Of a stretch of DNA of 64,000 bases, positions 1 to 14,755 are shown in pieces. Position 1 is the first letter of the stretch, and each line of letters begins with the position of its first letter. This DNA is from the human T2T-CHM13v2.0 reference genome, Homo sapiens. Under the pieces are notes generated by a model. The model was not told the origin of the DNA, searched no databases, and saw only the letters and a program-made list of their open reading frames with translations. The position numbers and the translations under genes are program-made. Where the stretch lies: the NCBI RefSeq assembly GCF_009914755.1, contig NC_060925.1. The stretch is one strand, 5' to 3'.

Positions 1-136
1 TGGGAAAGCCCTCTGCTATCTCATTTAAATATGCAGATAACAACAGGTAGCTCATTTGCATTCAAGGGAAGGCAGGAATGAATTACTTACAGCTGCCTAG
101 GATGAATCATTTTTATATTAAGAAACTAAAATGAAA

Positions 137-1005
137 GAAAAATTCTAGTGTCTCTATCCAGGGCAAAATGATTGTGGGGGAGTTGGGGTAGGAAACTATG
201 TGCTCTATGTGAGTCACCAAATTAACTGATCTGATTTTATTACCACTGTGTTTCACTCATGACCATAATCACTTTTTATTTTGCTTTATAATTATGTCTG
301 ACTTTCCTATATGTGCCCAACAAGATAGTAAGCTCCTTGGCAGCACAGTCAACTGGCTATCTCAGCCTTTATTTGCACTGTGTAAATGTGCCTAGCAAGA
401 CACATGCTTAATAAATATTTGTTTAAGAGAGCCAGGTGTAGTGGCTCATGCCTGTAATCTCAGCACTGTGGGAGGCTGAGGAGGGAGAGTCACTTGAGCC
501 CAGGTGTTCAAGGCCACTCTTGGCAACATAGAGAGATCCTGTCTCTACAAAATAAATTAATAAGTAAATAAGTTGGGCATGGTCATGTTCCTGTATTCCC
601 AGCTACTGGGGAGGCTGAGGTGGAAGGATGGCTTGAGCCTGGGATTTTGAAGCTGTAGTATAAGCCATGATTGTGCCACTGCACTCTAGCCTGGGTGACA
701 GAGGAAGACCCTGTCTCAAGAAAAATTTGCTTGCAGACACAAATGAATTGCAAATAGAAGTCTTTTTCTCTCAGGGTGTCATGGGAGTAAGTGATTTATG
801 TTTCTAATGAGTGAAAAGGCTGGGAAAGACTAAGCATAGTTATTGGGATGACTGCTCCAATCGCATCACAGTTCATGAGGCAGGAAAATTCTAGTGTCTC
901 TAGGGCAAAATGATTGTGGGGGAATTGGCGTCAGGAAACTATGCGCTCTATGTGAGTCACCAAATTAACTGGTCTCATTTTATTGCCACTGTGTTTCACT
1001 CGTGA
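137..1005. repeat. Dispersed direct duplication of about 125 bp (copies 137-262 and 884-1005)
   Basis: Both copies read gaaaattctagtgtctcta...gggcaaaatgattgtggggg...ggaaactatg(t/c)gctctatgtgagtcaccaaattaactg...ccactgtgtttcactc with few substitutions or indels. Confidence 0.9.
431..725 (+). mobile_element. Alu, AluJ-like
   Basis: gccaggtgtagtggctcatgcctgtaatctcagcact...cactctagcctgggtgacagag...ctgtctcaag; J-type gcttgagccc motifs. Confidence 0.9.
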
Positions 1006-1031
1006 AAGGCACCGCCGGCAGCAGCACCTTA

Positions 1032-1253
<222 letters not shown>

Positions 1254-2682
1254 TCAAACAGTGAGCAAGCAATGGCTTTTCTACTGCCAGGTGAATTAAT
1301 TCTTCATCTCATTCAATCACTTGTATACTCTTTATTTTTTAGGTATTCATTATATAAGTCAGCATAGTGGAGATTCCAGCTTGAGACTAAGTTGTGACAA
1401 GGCACATTTATGCATGAGGACTGGAGGAGTGGGTGCCAGAAAGCTGGTTACACAGAGACTTCTGGAAGAGAATCAGTCCTATGGGAGAGCCAAGTGTGGC
1501 CTAAGAAGCCACCCCAGTGGTTTGAAGGCAGGGCGGGAAGATAATTCTGAGTACATAATGGTGTCAGGAATTTAGGTTTATCTTTTAGTCTAGCCCTGGG
1601 GAGCCTCTGTCTGAGTCTCAGAGAGAGGTGGGGTTGGTTATTAAAAACAAAACAAGAATTAAAAATAAAAAGGAAAATAGATGTTTTGCTAAAATCTCCT
1701 TGATAAAGCATTTCATAGTACAAGTAATGTATTGACCAATTTTTAAATAAAGATTAAAAGATTATTTGGGGAACTTAGCATTAACTAAGTATTTTTATTA
1801 TAATCCTACTGAAGAATGTGCAGACATAACCAATGGTTGCTATTTGATGCCTTCAAAGATGGGGTCAGAATAAAACATCAGTTGGCAAGATGAATTCCTT
1901 CCATGATGCTCTGGGGCATGCTTAGATTGGCATGTACCATGTAAACATTAATTCCGCCCCAACACCCCGCTTTTCTTTCTTTCCCAACAGTTGCCAAAAA
2001 TGTTGTGCAGTACTTCATAATGTAATTACACTTTCAGTTCATGTGTTTATTAATACAAATTAGTTGTACTCACTGAAATGTTGTGGCAGTACTGAGAAGA
2101 TATGTTGCTTTGACATCCAGCTAACAGAATGTAACGCAGAAGGGGAGAGGAGCACTTCCCCTACACTACTCCATGTGGCTTCTGGATGTTAAGGGCTCTT
2201 AGCTTTGGCACCCAGAGGGGCCCATGGCTTCTAGCACCTATGGCTCTAGTGGTGATGAAACTGCCACCCTTTGTACCTGCTCCTCAGCAGAAGGGGACAT
2301 CATCAGCAGGGGCTTCAAGTGTCACTCACAGCCTGGGGTGGAGGCAGGTACAGACTATGAAATGGCCTCACCCATTTCTAGAAAGTGAAGAAAAATCCAA
2401 CTGGCTAGAGCATATGTAAATGGTAAAATTAACTCCTTTGAAGAGCTAGGGGCGAAGAAGAAAATACATCCCTGGAGTGGAAGTGGAGGTCCAGGGAAAC
2501 CGCTCCATGCCAGACAGAAAAAGGGGATTGGAAGGAAAAGAGGGCATTGCCAAAGTCAAGCTTGCCAGGCTTTACACACATCTCCCTTAGTCGATCCCCA
2601 ATGACACAAATGCGGTAATCTTAACAATAGAATTTCAATGAGAATGGAAGTTCTGAAAATGTATGGGATGCTGGTATTCATC

Positions 2683-3135
2683 TATTCATTCATTCATTCA
2701 GTGAATATTTTTATGAGCTTCAGTTTCTGTCCCAGCCTTCCTCAGCAGCAGAGGGAAACATCAGTAAAGGCTGCAGGTATCACTCACAAACACTGGGTAG
2801 AGGCAGCAACGAGAGCACAGGTAAGGTACAGAAGAGTGAAAGGGTCCTAGCATTTCTCTCTGCACCAGGTATAAATTGGTGCCTAAAATGGGGCTCGGCT
2901 CTGCCCCTTGAGCTCACAGCCTATGGGGAAAGAAAGAGAAAAAGAAATACAAACAAACAGATAAAAATGTAACTATAAATTTTCGTGACTGCTATGAAGA
3001 ATAAAACCCAGTGTCGTTATAGAAACACAATTGAGAACACTTTCATAAGTAGGTGATGAAGGACTCTCTGTGGAAGTGACATTTGAGCGAAGATCTCAAA
3101 GGCAAGAGTCATACACATGAGAAGCAGGGAAAATG

Positions 3136-3184
<49 letters not shown>

Positions 3185-5130
3185 GATCCTAAGGCATAAG
3201 AGGCTGCGTGTGTTCCAAGAACTGAAAGGAGATGAGCCCAGCAGGGAAATTAGCAGTGGAGGTGCAGAGTAGCCCAAGATGAGGTGTGTGAGGCACAGCA
3301 TGGGCCAGGCCATCCAGGGCTTTGGAGGTAGAAATAACAAGTTTATGTCTTAACTAAAATGCAATGGGAAGATTTTAAAGGGTTTTAAGTAGAGGAGCTC
3401 TATGATTTTGCAAGATTGGAAACCAGAAGACTAGTAAGGAAACTCTCGCAATAGTCCAGAGAAAACCCAATAGTGACTTAGATTAAAGTGTTGGCAGAGT
3501 GAAGAAAGATAGATTTGAGATGTATCTTGGATATTGAAACTTCATGGGTTGAAAGATTAGATATGAAGTCTGAATAAGAAGGTACATTAAGATAGTGCTG
3601 TGGATTTTAGTTTGAGCAACTGGGTGGTTGATGGTGTCACAGAGATAGAGAAGACTGGGTGATAAATGAGTTTTACTTAAGGTGGACAGAATATTAACAG
3701 TGTTATGTCAACTTTGAGATGCCTCTTGAGAGGTCAAGAAGGTAGTTCAATACACACATTCTCTCCCTAGAAGAGAAATTTGGCTAGAGTTACAAATGCA
3801 GGTGTGCATAACATACAAATAGTAGATAATCGCATGGGAAGAGATGAATCACCATGGGTGAAGTTTCTTGAGAAATATGAGAATTGAGTCCGAGATCATG
3901 CTAGAGACTCCAATGCTTACCAATGGGTATAGGGAGAGATGCCAGCAGAAAGAGACAGCGAAGTGGATAAAAAGATAGGGAAAAATATATAGTGTGAAGC
4001 TAGAGAACTAAGAAACCAAAAAGGTCAAAAAGACAAGAATTGGCAGTTGTAGGTAACATGAAGAAGAGCAATTATGGTGGAGTGTGGAGGTGGAAAATAG
4101 GAGGGCAGTATCAATAGAGAAACCACTTTTATGGACAACTGTTTCTGGAAGTTTGGTTGTGAAGCAGAACCAGAGCTCTGAGTTGTTCAGTGGGTGAGTG
4201 GATGCAAGGGGGTATGAGGTCAAGGTATGTATATATGTAAAGTCAAGAGATGTTATGCTTGCAGGCTGATGGAATGATCCAGTAGAGAAGGAGACAGTGA
4301 AGATACGGGGCTGAGGAGACTGAAGTTCTCTAGAAGTCAACATGGGATAAGAACAAAAGAATGTGCCAATGACTGGACCTTGATAGAAGGAGAGGGAATT
4401 TCTTAGTTTCATAACTAAGAACAACAGGAAGAGGCTGGGTGCCAGAAACAGAGACATCTTGATGGTGTTGAGAAAATGTTTCAATTTTTTCAAGTGAAGC
4501 ATGAGGCAAAGTCATCAACTGAGAAAAGGCAGGAAAGAGGCAGGAGGTTTGAATAGGGAAGATGACGTAAGAGTTATCTTATGTCAGAGAGTGGGGGAGC
4601 AAGCTTACCGAGGTAATATGGTAGGACTCTGCCAGTGGTGAGAACTTATTGAAAATGTTGAGATTGTTAATTTTACATGAAATCAGTCTGTTTAATTGTG
4701 TGAATTCCTCCATTTATGTTTAGCTGCTCAGGAATAGAAATGAAAATGATGGATCACTGAGTTCATCCTGGGAGGGGTTTTGCGAAATGATTGTGATGGA
4801 AGGAGAGAAGAGCAAGGGGAATCAAGAGTAAGCAGAGAAACGATAATACTGATTGGATCATGGAACCTAAGCCAAACAAATAGCAGGAGAGGACAATGAA
4901 TAGAAAGTGTTGGGATTTATGGACTGGGATTTATAATGTGGTTGAAGAAATTATGTAAGAGGATATTGGATTATGAGTAAGAGACAAGGATAGGAAATTT
5001 CCAAGGTTAGAGAACAGGACATCTCAAGACTTTGGAGGTGATGAGGGCTTCAGTGATGACAAGGTTCAAGGGAGGCAATGGCTGAGGTGGAGTGGAGGAA
5101 ATAATCATTAGAGAACTAAGAGGCCAGTAA
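2683..5130 (-). mobile_element. L2 LINE remnant (about 2.4 kb), interrupted by (TG)n
   Basis: The cattcattcattca 3'-end signature at about 2685 is followed by typical antisense L2 sequence (gtgacatttgagc, gttttaag, gagcaactgggtgg). The ORF at 4008-4502 is probably an L2 ORF2 relic. Boundaries approximate. Confidence 0.7.
3138..3182. repeat. (TG)n microsatellite
   Basis: Pure GT dinucleotide run of about 22 units. Confidence 0.97.
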
Positions 5131-5574
5131 GAAGAGCATTACTCAGTAATAAAAAACATCAAAAAAGAAAAAAAAAAGAAGAATCAGAGAAATCAGAGAG
5201 GCAGAGAATAACAGTGTTAATTCCAAATTGTCCAGGGCAGAGATTTCCTGATAGACAGATAGGAGGGTCTGGGTAACCTGGGAGTTACAGCCATGTGGTC
5301 AGGGGGCTGCATCAGGCCATCAGGACTGTAAACCTTTAAACTAACTCCCTAGTTAAGACTTGAGGTACTACATAAGTTTCTGACAGTTTGCCTTCCTATG
5401 TACAATTTGTCTACAGGGAGAAAACTTTCAGTTAATGCTGATGGGTCTGTCCCACAAAACTGACAGTAATATTTACTGTAGTAAATTAGCAAGGGGCTAT
5501 TCTAATCATGGCTGTCATTGTCACTATTATTATCATCCTTATCATTATCAATATTACATTTCTATTTATTACAT

Positions 5575-5720
5575 TCTTACTATAGTCCAAATATTCTATC
5601 TCGTCAAGTCTTCACAATAACTACAATAGGTAGAGCACCATCTTCATTTTACGGAGGAGAAAACTGAGTCTTAGTGAGGGCAAGTAGTTGTTCAAACTCA
5701 AAGCTAATATGTGGCAAAGC
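5575..5720 (-). mobile_element. MIR fragment
   Basis: cattttacggaggagaaaactgagtcttagtgagg core. Confidence 0.6.
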
Positions 5721-6850
5721 CAGGCCAGTCACCCATGCTCTTTTTTAATGGGTTTGTAAGGCACAAGTCAGTGCCCCTGAGTGCAGTTGGCCTGGAAGCA
5801 CTGGTAAGACTCATGCAGGGCTCTCTAACAGCCAAGCTTTGGATCATAGCAAATTTACTAATTTGCAACACCCTGTGCAACATGTTGGTAGACAGCTGGC
5901 CTTGCTACAGAAAAGTTCCAATGTAGCCATCAAAAACATACCAGAAACTTTTACAACTGCAATTTTAAATAAAATCTCAGGGTGATCTTTTGATCTAAAA
6001 AGATGAAACCATTTTAGATTAAATTATTTTAAAGTTTACCTGGAAGAATAAACATTAATTCATTTATGCATTCATTCATTCATTTCATCATTTCACAGAT
6101 ACTCCTCCCCATCATGTGTTAGACAGTAAGAGGCCCTCTGGCCCTCCAGGTTCTCCTAGGTAGGGTGTGAGAGCCTGTGCAGCCACATAAGTCTCATCCC
6201 TTTGAAGCCATTTTAGCAAAGACTGGAGTTCTAGAAGCTCAGGAACTCTCTGGCCCTTTCTTCTATTTGGTTCTTGGGATTCTGGGATTCTGCAGAAAGG
6301 AGGGCGGACTACAACCAAACATTCAAAGGAAGTGCTAAATTCTAGTAGCAGAGTATAGTTTCCAGACATCATCATCTTTAATTTGATCTCACAAGGCAAC
6401 CTGTAAGATGGGTAATTTTATCCCCATTTTATAAATTAATACAGAGTTTGTCCGAAGACACACAACTGTGGTAGAGAGTGCTGGTCTGACTTCAAACCCT
6501 AAACTCATTTTATTTCCATGATACTCTTTTCTGTCTTTGATGCTCTCCTGATTTCTCCATACCTGTCTGCCTCCCTCTACTCTGTCTTCCCAGGGGCTGA
6601 ATCACACTTGCTTGATGCCCTTTTCTTTCTCCAGAGCACTCCACCCACCTCAGCCATTCATCCTGCTCACTTCCCTTTCTCTCTCTGCTCACTTCTCCTT
6701 TCTCTCCCATTCTTTTTGCCTTTGCATTCCTCTAGCAAGGCCAAACTTGGGAGACTGGAGAACAGTATATTTTAAACTAATTTCCATTAACATTAAAATT
6801 ATCAATATTTACCTCCCCCACCTTCGCAAAAGTATTAAAAATGTTTAAAG

Positions 6851-6971
6851 TTTTTATAGATGAGTCTCACTCTGTGGCCCAGACTGGACTCAAACTCCTG
6901 GGCTCAAGAAATCCTCCTACCTCAGACTCCCGAGTAGCTGGGACAACAGCTGCATGCCACCATGCCCAGCT
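6851..6971 (-). mobile_element. Free left Alu monomer (FLAM-like)
   Basis: tggcccagactggactcaaactcctgggctcaagaaatcctcct...ccaccatgcccagct; single monomer. Confidence 0.8.
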
Positions 6972-8409
6972 AAAAGTATTTTTAAAGAGGACCCTTATAA
7001 ATCCTTATTTACTTCTGTAAATAACTTTTTCTTATAAAAATTATTACTAAAAATTTGGAAAAAAATATAAAGAGCTTACAAAAGCCACCACAATTCTACC
7101 ACTTGGGGAAGATGAGTGAAGAAGATGTGCAATGCATTCTTTTGAATTAACTTTCTGCATCATTTTTACATAACTGTTATTGTTCTCTCTATATAACTTG
7201 GTGTCCTGCATTTTTCCATTTAACAGTGTTATATCTTCAGTTGGTAGAATATGTATTACTATGTAAAGAATTTCCTGGGTAAAGAAAGGATTCTCTGGTG
7301 CAGAGAAAATATATGTAGACAATAAAACTGAATGGAAGTACCTAGGTCTTCCTGGGTTCCGGATCCAGGTCGAGATGTCTTTGGTGGATTTTTGAACATG
7401 TTCTTTACCCTACCCAGTGCATTCTGCTCTCTCCCCATGGCTGACCATAATGGTGGTCTACTTATTCCTCTCCTGGATTCAGTCTATCCCTCACTCCTCC
7501 CATCCTTCATACTGAAGTTGAACCAGGACAGTCTCTTTGTCCCTTTAATTCTGGAGAGTGATTGACTGGTTGGCCCCTAGAATTCTACCTTGGTTTCAAA
7601 GTGAAATATCCTTTTGTACCAAGCCCCAATCATAGGAAAATCATTTCCTATCTTTCATTTCCTTTTTCTCACATTCTGAGTAAACCCTTCTCACTTATGG
7701 GTTTATGTCTTGAAATCTGGGAGTGGGAATGGAGTTAACCAGATCAGGCGCATTCAGCAAAGCTGACCCCCTAAGTTATAAACTCAAGTTAGTTCATACA
7801 AACTCTTTCTCTGGCCTTTCTTGCTTCTGGATAACATGGCATGCATGTTCCCATACTAAGGTCATTAGCTCACAACTTTAAAAATTCAGAGGGAACTCTT
7901 GTCAATTCAAGGCAAATTTTAGGAGGGGCATATCCAAAAAGTGCCTCTCTCCACGATGTTTGAGGAACACATGTTCCCCAGCATATGAAGGAAGAGTCAA
8001 GTTTGCCACAGATTACTTTTTTTTTTTTTTAATGCAGTATGTGCAGAAAGCATCTAGATGCCTCCTACTGTGAGACGGCTTTGGATAGGCACAGAGATTT
8101 CTTAACCGGTTAAGTTACATAGCATATGTGAGATTCTTGTCTCAGCAATAACCAAAAAAAGTGTTGGCATTTCACATATTCAGTTGAATATAAAGTGACA
8201 CCTATCTAGAACACTTAATCTTAAGTTATTCTCACTGTTTAAAGGGAAAAATAAAAAATTCTCCTTCTCTATAATAGGGCAACCTAGTTATTGGATGCTT
8301 CAAAATATTTTAGATCATATTTTATTTCTAAATGACTTCTTGATGTCAAAATTCAAATATAATTAATAAGTATTCATTCTCCTAATTCCTTACAATGAAA
8401 GGAAGATAA

Positions 8410-8911
<502 letters not shown>

Positions 8912-9379
8912 TCATGTATAACAATGTTTCATATAAAATTTATAATAAGATCCTCAGAATAGTATTGTTGAGGATATAGATAAGAAAACATACTCACAGA
9001 GTTTGTAACTAATTCACTCTATTATGTAGTTTATGAGAAACTGGGTTTTCTGAGTGTTCCTCTAGTTCTCTTTCAAGATATCACCCTATCTCATAAACAA
9101 GCTATCATAGGGGACAAGAGATAGGCTAAACAAAGGTATAAGATCACATAAATTTGAGAGACCGTAGGTTAAACAATATTAAATATAGTGGTTTTCACAA
9201 AACTCCTTCATCTTTAATTAGCTATTATGTTCTTAAATATCTTCAAGAGTTGTATCTAATACACAGTGATTTCCATGCTCATTTGACCAGGAGCCATTTT
9301 TTCTTTTTTAAATGGAGAACTAGGTCTAAGTGGCCATAGGGCTCACTTTGAACATACAAGGTTATGGGAACATTTTTAA

Positions 9380-9770
9380 ACATTAATCCAATTTAATAAA
9401 TCTATGCTAAGAATATTATCCAAAATATGGAGACTTCTATACTGCAAAGTACATGGTTTATTATGAAAAGAAATTGAAATAACTTAAATGCTCAATGATA
9501 GAGAAATGGTTAAGAAAATTATGATAGTCAATAAAACATCACAAAACCAGTAATAATGATAGAGTGGACACTGTGATAATGAGTAGAAATTATAATCTAT
9601 CTTAACTGAAAAAGGGGTGCATTTTTACAATGATTACAGCTGCGTAAAGAAGCAAATCCCAGAAAAAAACAGAAAGAAAAATGCCAAAATCTTAACATTA
9701 ATTATAATAGGGTTACACATTGCAAATGTTTTGCTTTTCTTTCTCTGTATTTTCTATGTAGTCTATGAAA
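9380..9770 (+). mobile_element. Old L1M(E)-like 3' fragment
   Basis: aaattgaaataacttaaatgctcaatgatagagaaatggttaag and ttttctctgtattttcta end motifs. Approximate. Confidence 0.5.
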
Positions 9771-10164
9771 GACTTTAGTACTAGATCAGCCAATGCTATC
9801 CTACCTTACCATGCAGAAGGACATTAGGAATAATCTCTGGATGTCCAGTTTTAAGAGATTCCCCCAGAGACTGAGCCATTTCTGCGTGGGGGGCAGGACT
9901 GGAAATTAAGTCAGGATTTCCTTTGGAATCAGTGGCTGGTTAGCTCAGGGCATTCCTCCTTGGTGAGTTTTGTTCCTTCCCTTGACCACTGTCCCCCTAT
10001 TTAACCTGAGGATGTTAAATGCAATGTAATTAATGGAACCAGATGGTTGTGAGTACATCACTGAGCACAGCCATTGGTCCTACAGGGAAATGTCTCTGGG
10101 CAAGCACTCTACTGATTGTGAGCCAAGAGTGCCATTTCATAATTATTGAGACACACTTAGGAAG

Positions 10165-10420
10165 GATATGTATGGGGGTTAAGAGCATGGTCTTTGGAGT
10201 CTGACAGTTCTGGATTTGAATCCCAGCTCTTCCACTGAGAGTAGCTGTTTGGCCTTGGGAAAATTCCTTAACTTTTCATACCCTCAGTTTCCCCATCTGC
10301 AAACTCAGAATAATACTCTGTACCTCATAAAGTCATTTAAAAGATTAAATGATATAACATGTGCAAAGGGCTTAGTTCTGTGCCAAATAGTCAATAATGA
10401 TAGCTAACTATAATTATTAG
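10165..10420 (+). mobile_element. MIR
   Basis: ggttaagagcatggtctttggagtctgacag...tttgaatcccagctct...ctcagtttccccatctgcaaa...agattaaatgatataa. Confidence 0.85.
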
Positions 10421-10862
10421 CTGCTATAATCATAGCTTTTCCATATTTTAAAGTACTACTGTATGTTAAAGATGTATGTTTCTTTGCATTTTTCCTGAAG
10501 TCTGTAAAAAGTTTTCATTAATTAAAAGCAAGCCAATTAGGAAAGGACTACTCTATTTTATGGATAAGCCATCTGGGGGGGTCATTTATTATTTCTCCTG
10601 AATTGTTGGCTTTTGAAGCTCATTAGATTCAACATCCATTTTAGTGGGATCCTCATTTCGATAATCCACCCTCAAAGAATTCCATCCAGTTAGTGAGGCA
10701 AGTTATTCCTTTCCTGAAACCACACGGGTCCTTCTAAACTGAGTTCCTGCTCTTTCTCTGTTCGATTTCTTAAAATAGTTTCTGAAGATTTTAACCACAA
10801 CTGAATCAAAACTAACCAGCCTGTAATTTCCTGGTATGTCCGTATGGCTTTTCTTTTAAAAC

Positions 10863-10863
<1 letters not shown>

Positions 10864-10906
<43 letters not shown>
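10864..10906. repeat. (CA)n microsatellite
   Basis: Pure AC run of about 21 units. Confidence 0.97.
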
Positions 10907-10908
<2 letters not shown>

Positions 10909-12639
10909 TGGCATTACCTTGGCTGGTTTCCAGTGTTTCGGAGTTTGGACTGGAGGAAGCTGGAAGGTGTCTGTGAAAACTACTCTCATTTCTCTTTGTC
11001 TCTCTTTTGGAGGAGGCTCTGGGTTGCTTGTGGCTTCATCATGATGTATTATCAAACGTAGGCACTTTTAATTTTGAATTGTTTTAAGAATAGTTTACCA
11101 GTATTACAAAAAGTTACCCTAGTTCTTTACCGCCTATCTTCCTTCTCTTCAATTATAGTATATCAGGAAATAGGGCAATTTGTACCATGCATATGAGCTA
11201 GCAAAAGAAAGAACTAATTTTTTATAGAAAAGATATGCTTTCTAAAAACATCTAAGGAAATATGGACGACTTATTTGAATTCATAAATTAAAAGCACAGT
11301 TGGAATATATTTGGATCTTCTCCCAAAACCTGTACAAACATTCTGAACTAAACACAAAGGAACCTAAGACTAGATTTTATTTGGCCAATTATTTAAATAG
11401 TTAATGACTTTTTGTATCGAAGCTTTTTTTTCATTTTTTTAATTATCAAGTGTTTTCTTTTAGTTGAATTCTCAATATAATAAAATATTTGGGTTCAAAA
11501 TTGTCTTGACTTTAAATGTGTTCATAATTAATATATAATACAAAAGTTGAAGTTAAAAAGAAACAAAAATGTGAGTAGATATATAATATTCAGATAATGA
11601 CTAAATTAAAATGGATCAGAATGGAAACCAAACAATTTATTTTAAAATTATAAGGAACATGATGAGAATATATTTGTTCAGTACATTGCTTTTGTAAATG
11701 TTTCTTTCAGTAAATGTTTGTTGAATTGATAAATTATTAACAGATAGAAATAAAAATGCAAAAGCAAATGTTGCGATAAGGATGTAAGAAAATATATTTC
11801 TAAACAAAACACTTTAAGTTTTAAGATATAATAAAATCAAACTAATTTAGAATTATTGTGTGAGAAAGTCGTATTCAGAAGTTCTAAAATACTAAAATAT
11901 ATTTATGGAAATACAGTGCATTTTCTTCATGATATTTATATTTGGAGTTCATCAACAAGGTATTTTCAAATAAATAAATGTTTTCGGATAGATTTAAGTT
12001 ATTTGCAATTAGAGGCCGGCATTTGTATCCCAGAAATTTACATGCTGAAGGCATTAACACTGTTCATTTTAGAAATATCTTTCTTGTATTTCTTATAATA
12101 TGAATTACCCAGCAAGCTTTCTTGCAAAGCAGAAAGCAAAAGCAATGTTAACCATAGCCCAGTTTAAAATGTTATTAAAAGTAGTGGAGTTGAAAATAAT
12201 GATATTTCTTCACTGTATTTGGCAATTAAAACTATATTATTTATCTTTTTTTAAAAAGTTTTGATTGATTAAAACAGGATCAAATATGTAGTGATACCTT
12301 AAAACATTAGAACAGGTACCTAGCTATATTACTTATTTTTGCCCTCACTTTCACCCAAGATTTTCTATAATTTCTATTATGGATATTTTTCAAGCACTGA
12401 TTCTTAAAAATACAATTTCAAAAATTAAACATAGAAGATACAAAACACTCTGGGTTGTACAGAGGTAAGCAATTAATTAACATTTGAAAGACAACATCTA
12501 CACAGATATGTTGATGTTAAAAAGTTGAGGAGTCAGTCACTAACCTTGTAGAAATTTCGGAATCTCACTGTGGGTTCAGGAAAGATGAAAAGATTAGCTA
12601 AAGTCCTCTTTTCTTTTTTTCATATTCTAATCCACAGCA

Positions 12640-12840
12640 TGGTGTCAGTTTTACATACTTTCTGCTTGTTTTCTTTATTGCCAAACTCCTTGGCTGACAA
12701 GCATTAACCTTGATTGTTTCAACTGACCTCTTAGGCAGTGTGGTTGAAATGAACATCAATGATATCATCCCACAAACAACTGCCTTCATCTCCCCTTTAC
12801 CAAGAGTATTTTCCCGATTGTATTCCATTCCAATGAGTTT
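12640..12840 (-). mobile_element. Degenerate RTE/L4-like LINE reverse-transcriptase fragment
   Basis: Minus-strand translation with one frameshift: LEWNTIGKILLVKGR*RQLFV/DDIIDV...SAKEFGNKENKQKVCKTDTM. This resembles the LFADDIVL...K.FGL.IN..KTK.M stretch of non-LTR RT. Confidence 0.45.
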
Positions 12841-14578
12841 TCATCAATTTATTTAGCACTTACTCATATGGTTGTGACTCAGAGATTTGGGGTTGGTGCT
12901 TTGGGAACCCAAAATAATGGAGATGTCATATTAGATTATGTAATCATTGGCTCTTAATTGCTCAAAAGTTCTCTCACTGTATCTAATACTTAAAAGAAAA
13001 TAAAAACTCTAAGGTTCATGCCCCAGTTACCCAGGACTCTCAAATTTTCAACAGATAAAGATTATTTCCATACCTTTAGAACCTCTTAATTGTATTATTA
13101 GAGTTCACATTTCAAAGAAATGCTGAGTAAAATAATGGTGCAAAAATATTTTTATATTGTTGCAAGCTTTAAAAACGTTTTCCAAGCTACTAGAATATTT
13201 TATTTGCTTTTACTTAAAATTTGTTAAAGGAAATCTACAGTCTACTCCTATGATAAACAATTAGTGACATAATAAGTGGTAAACAAGTAAATTGACGCTC
13301 TTTAGCACACTATTTCTAACTGCTGTGGGAAAGGGCGAAGCAAACAGAAAGTGCAGAAATTTTTGCAAGAATTACAGTCTACTTTTTATAATTCAGATTC
13401 CCATATGGCATTGGAATTTAAACAGGCAAGAGATGTTTCTATACTAGTTTCAAATTTTCCAATTTTTCTTCTGTCAAGTCTTAATTACCCTGAGTATTTC
13501 TTAAGGTACAACTCCCCCAACACGATGGAAAGAGTTTCACTAGATGGAAAACTGTACTATCAATTATGTTAATATGAATAGAATTTTTCTAGGCACAATA
13601 TGTACCACACTAATAACATGCTATATGGGAAATATCTCTAAAAAACATAAAGCCCTATATTGAAAATGGAAGGTGGCATTATTATTTTTTTCTACAATTA
13701 CCTTGTTGAGGGGCCAATTCAAATAGGAAACCTAGATTTTGGGGGTCTTGCAAAGGTGAAGAAGGCACTATTGGAGCATTTTCACTTTTCTGTTTTTTCT
13801 TCCGTGAATTGATTTTGCCTTTTCCACTTAAGGCATAAAGAAATGACTTCATATGCAAATCCATTTCATACATACACATGCACACACAAACATTACATAT
13901 GTATATACTGAAGTATTTGGCTTTCCAAACATAATTCAGCATGATTTGGAAAATAAGAAAAACATCTTATTTTGGGTTATGATGGTAGCACATGGATGTG
14001 AACCTGGTAGTAGTTTGCTAACAGCATTTTAAAATATTTTTCATATGCAAATATGAGTCTTTGGAAAGCACACAGATTGATTTCTATAAGCAAATTAAAT
14101 GAAAAATCCAGGTATGAAGAAATTATCAGATGTGCAATATAGGAGTAGAAGTGATGGATTGCTGCTGAAATATTCAGATTATTATGAAGGTGCAGATATG
14201 CCTATTATTTTAAAAGGCACTTCTATAGAGTATCATATAAACTATCTTAAATAGTTAGACCCGAACTGTGAGGGTTCCCCCCAACTGTCCTTTTCATATT
14301 TAGTTTTCCCGACTCCCTGTCTCTTCCTTGGGTCCCTTCTTGGCTACAACTTTATTATATAAATATACTGCCATAGAAACAATCCTGGGCACATGCTTTG
14401 AATATTGTTACTTTCATATTTTACGGAACCTATTTTTAATGGGTTTATCATAATTCCTCCAGATCTTTGGACAGCCTTTCCCTAAGAAGTTGAGGTGACA
14501 GCCAAATTTGCCAGGTAACACTTAATGGTAGGCTTAAGAAGAGAGGAAGTGCCCCTGGAGAAACCTGGCTCCATTTCA

Positions 14579-14755
<177 letters not shown>

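Noticed and set aside
4008-4502. 164-aa minus-strand ORF
   Set aside because: Lies inside a decayed L2, with no splice signals or homology linking it to SPAG17.
11280-12340. Very AT-rich stretch suggestive of a decayed DNA-transposon interior
   Set aside because: I could not recover TIRs or a transposase motif by eye.
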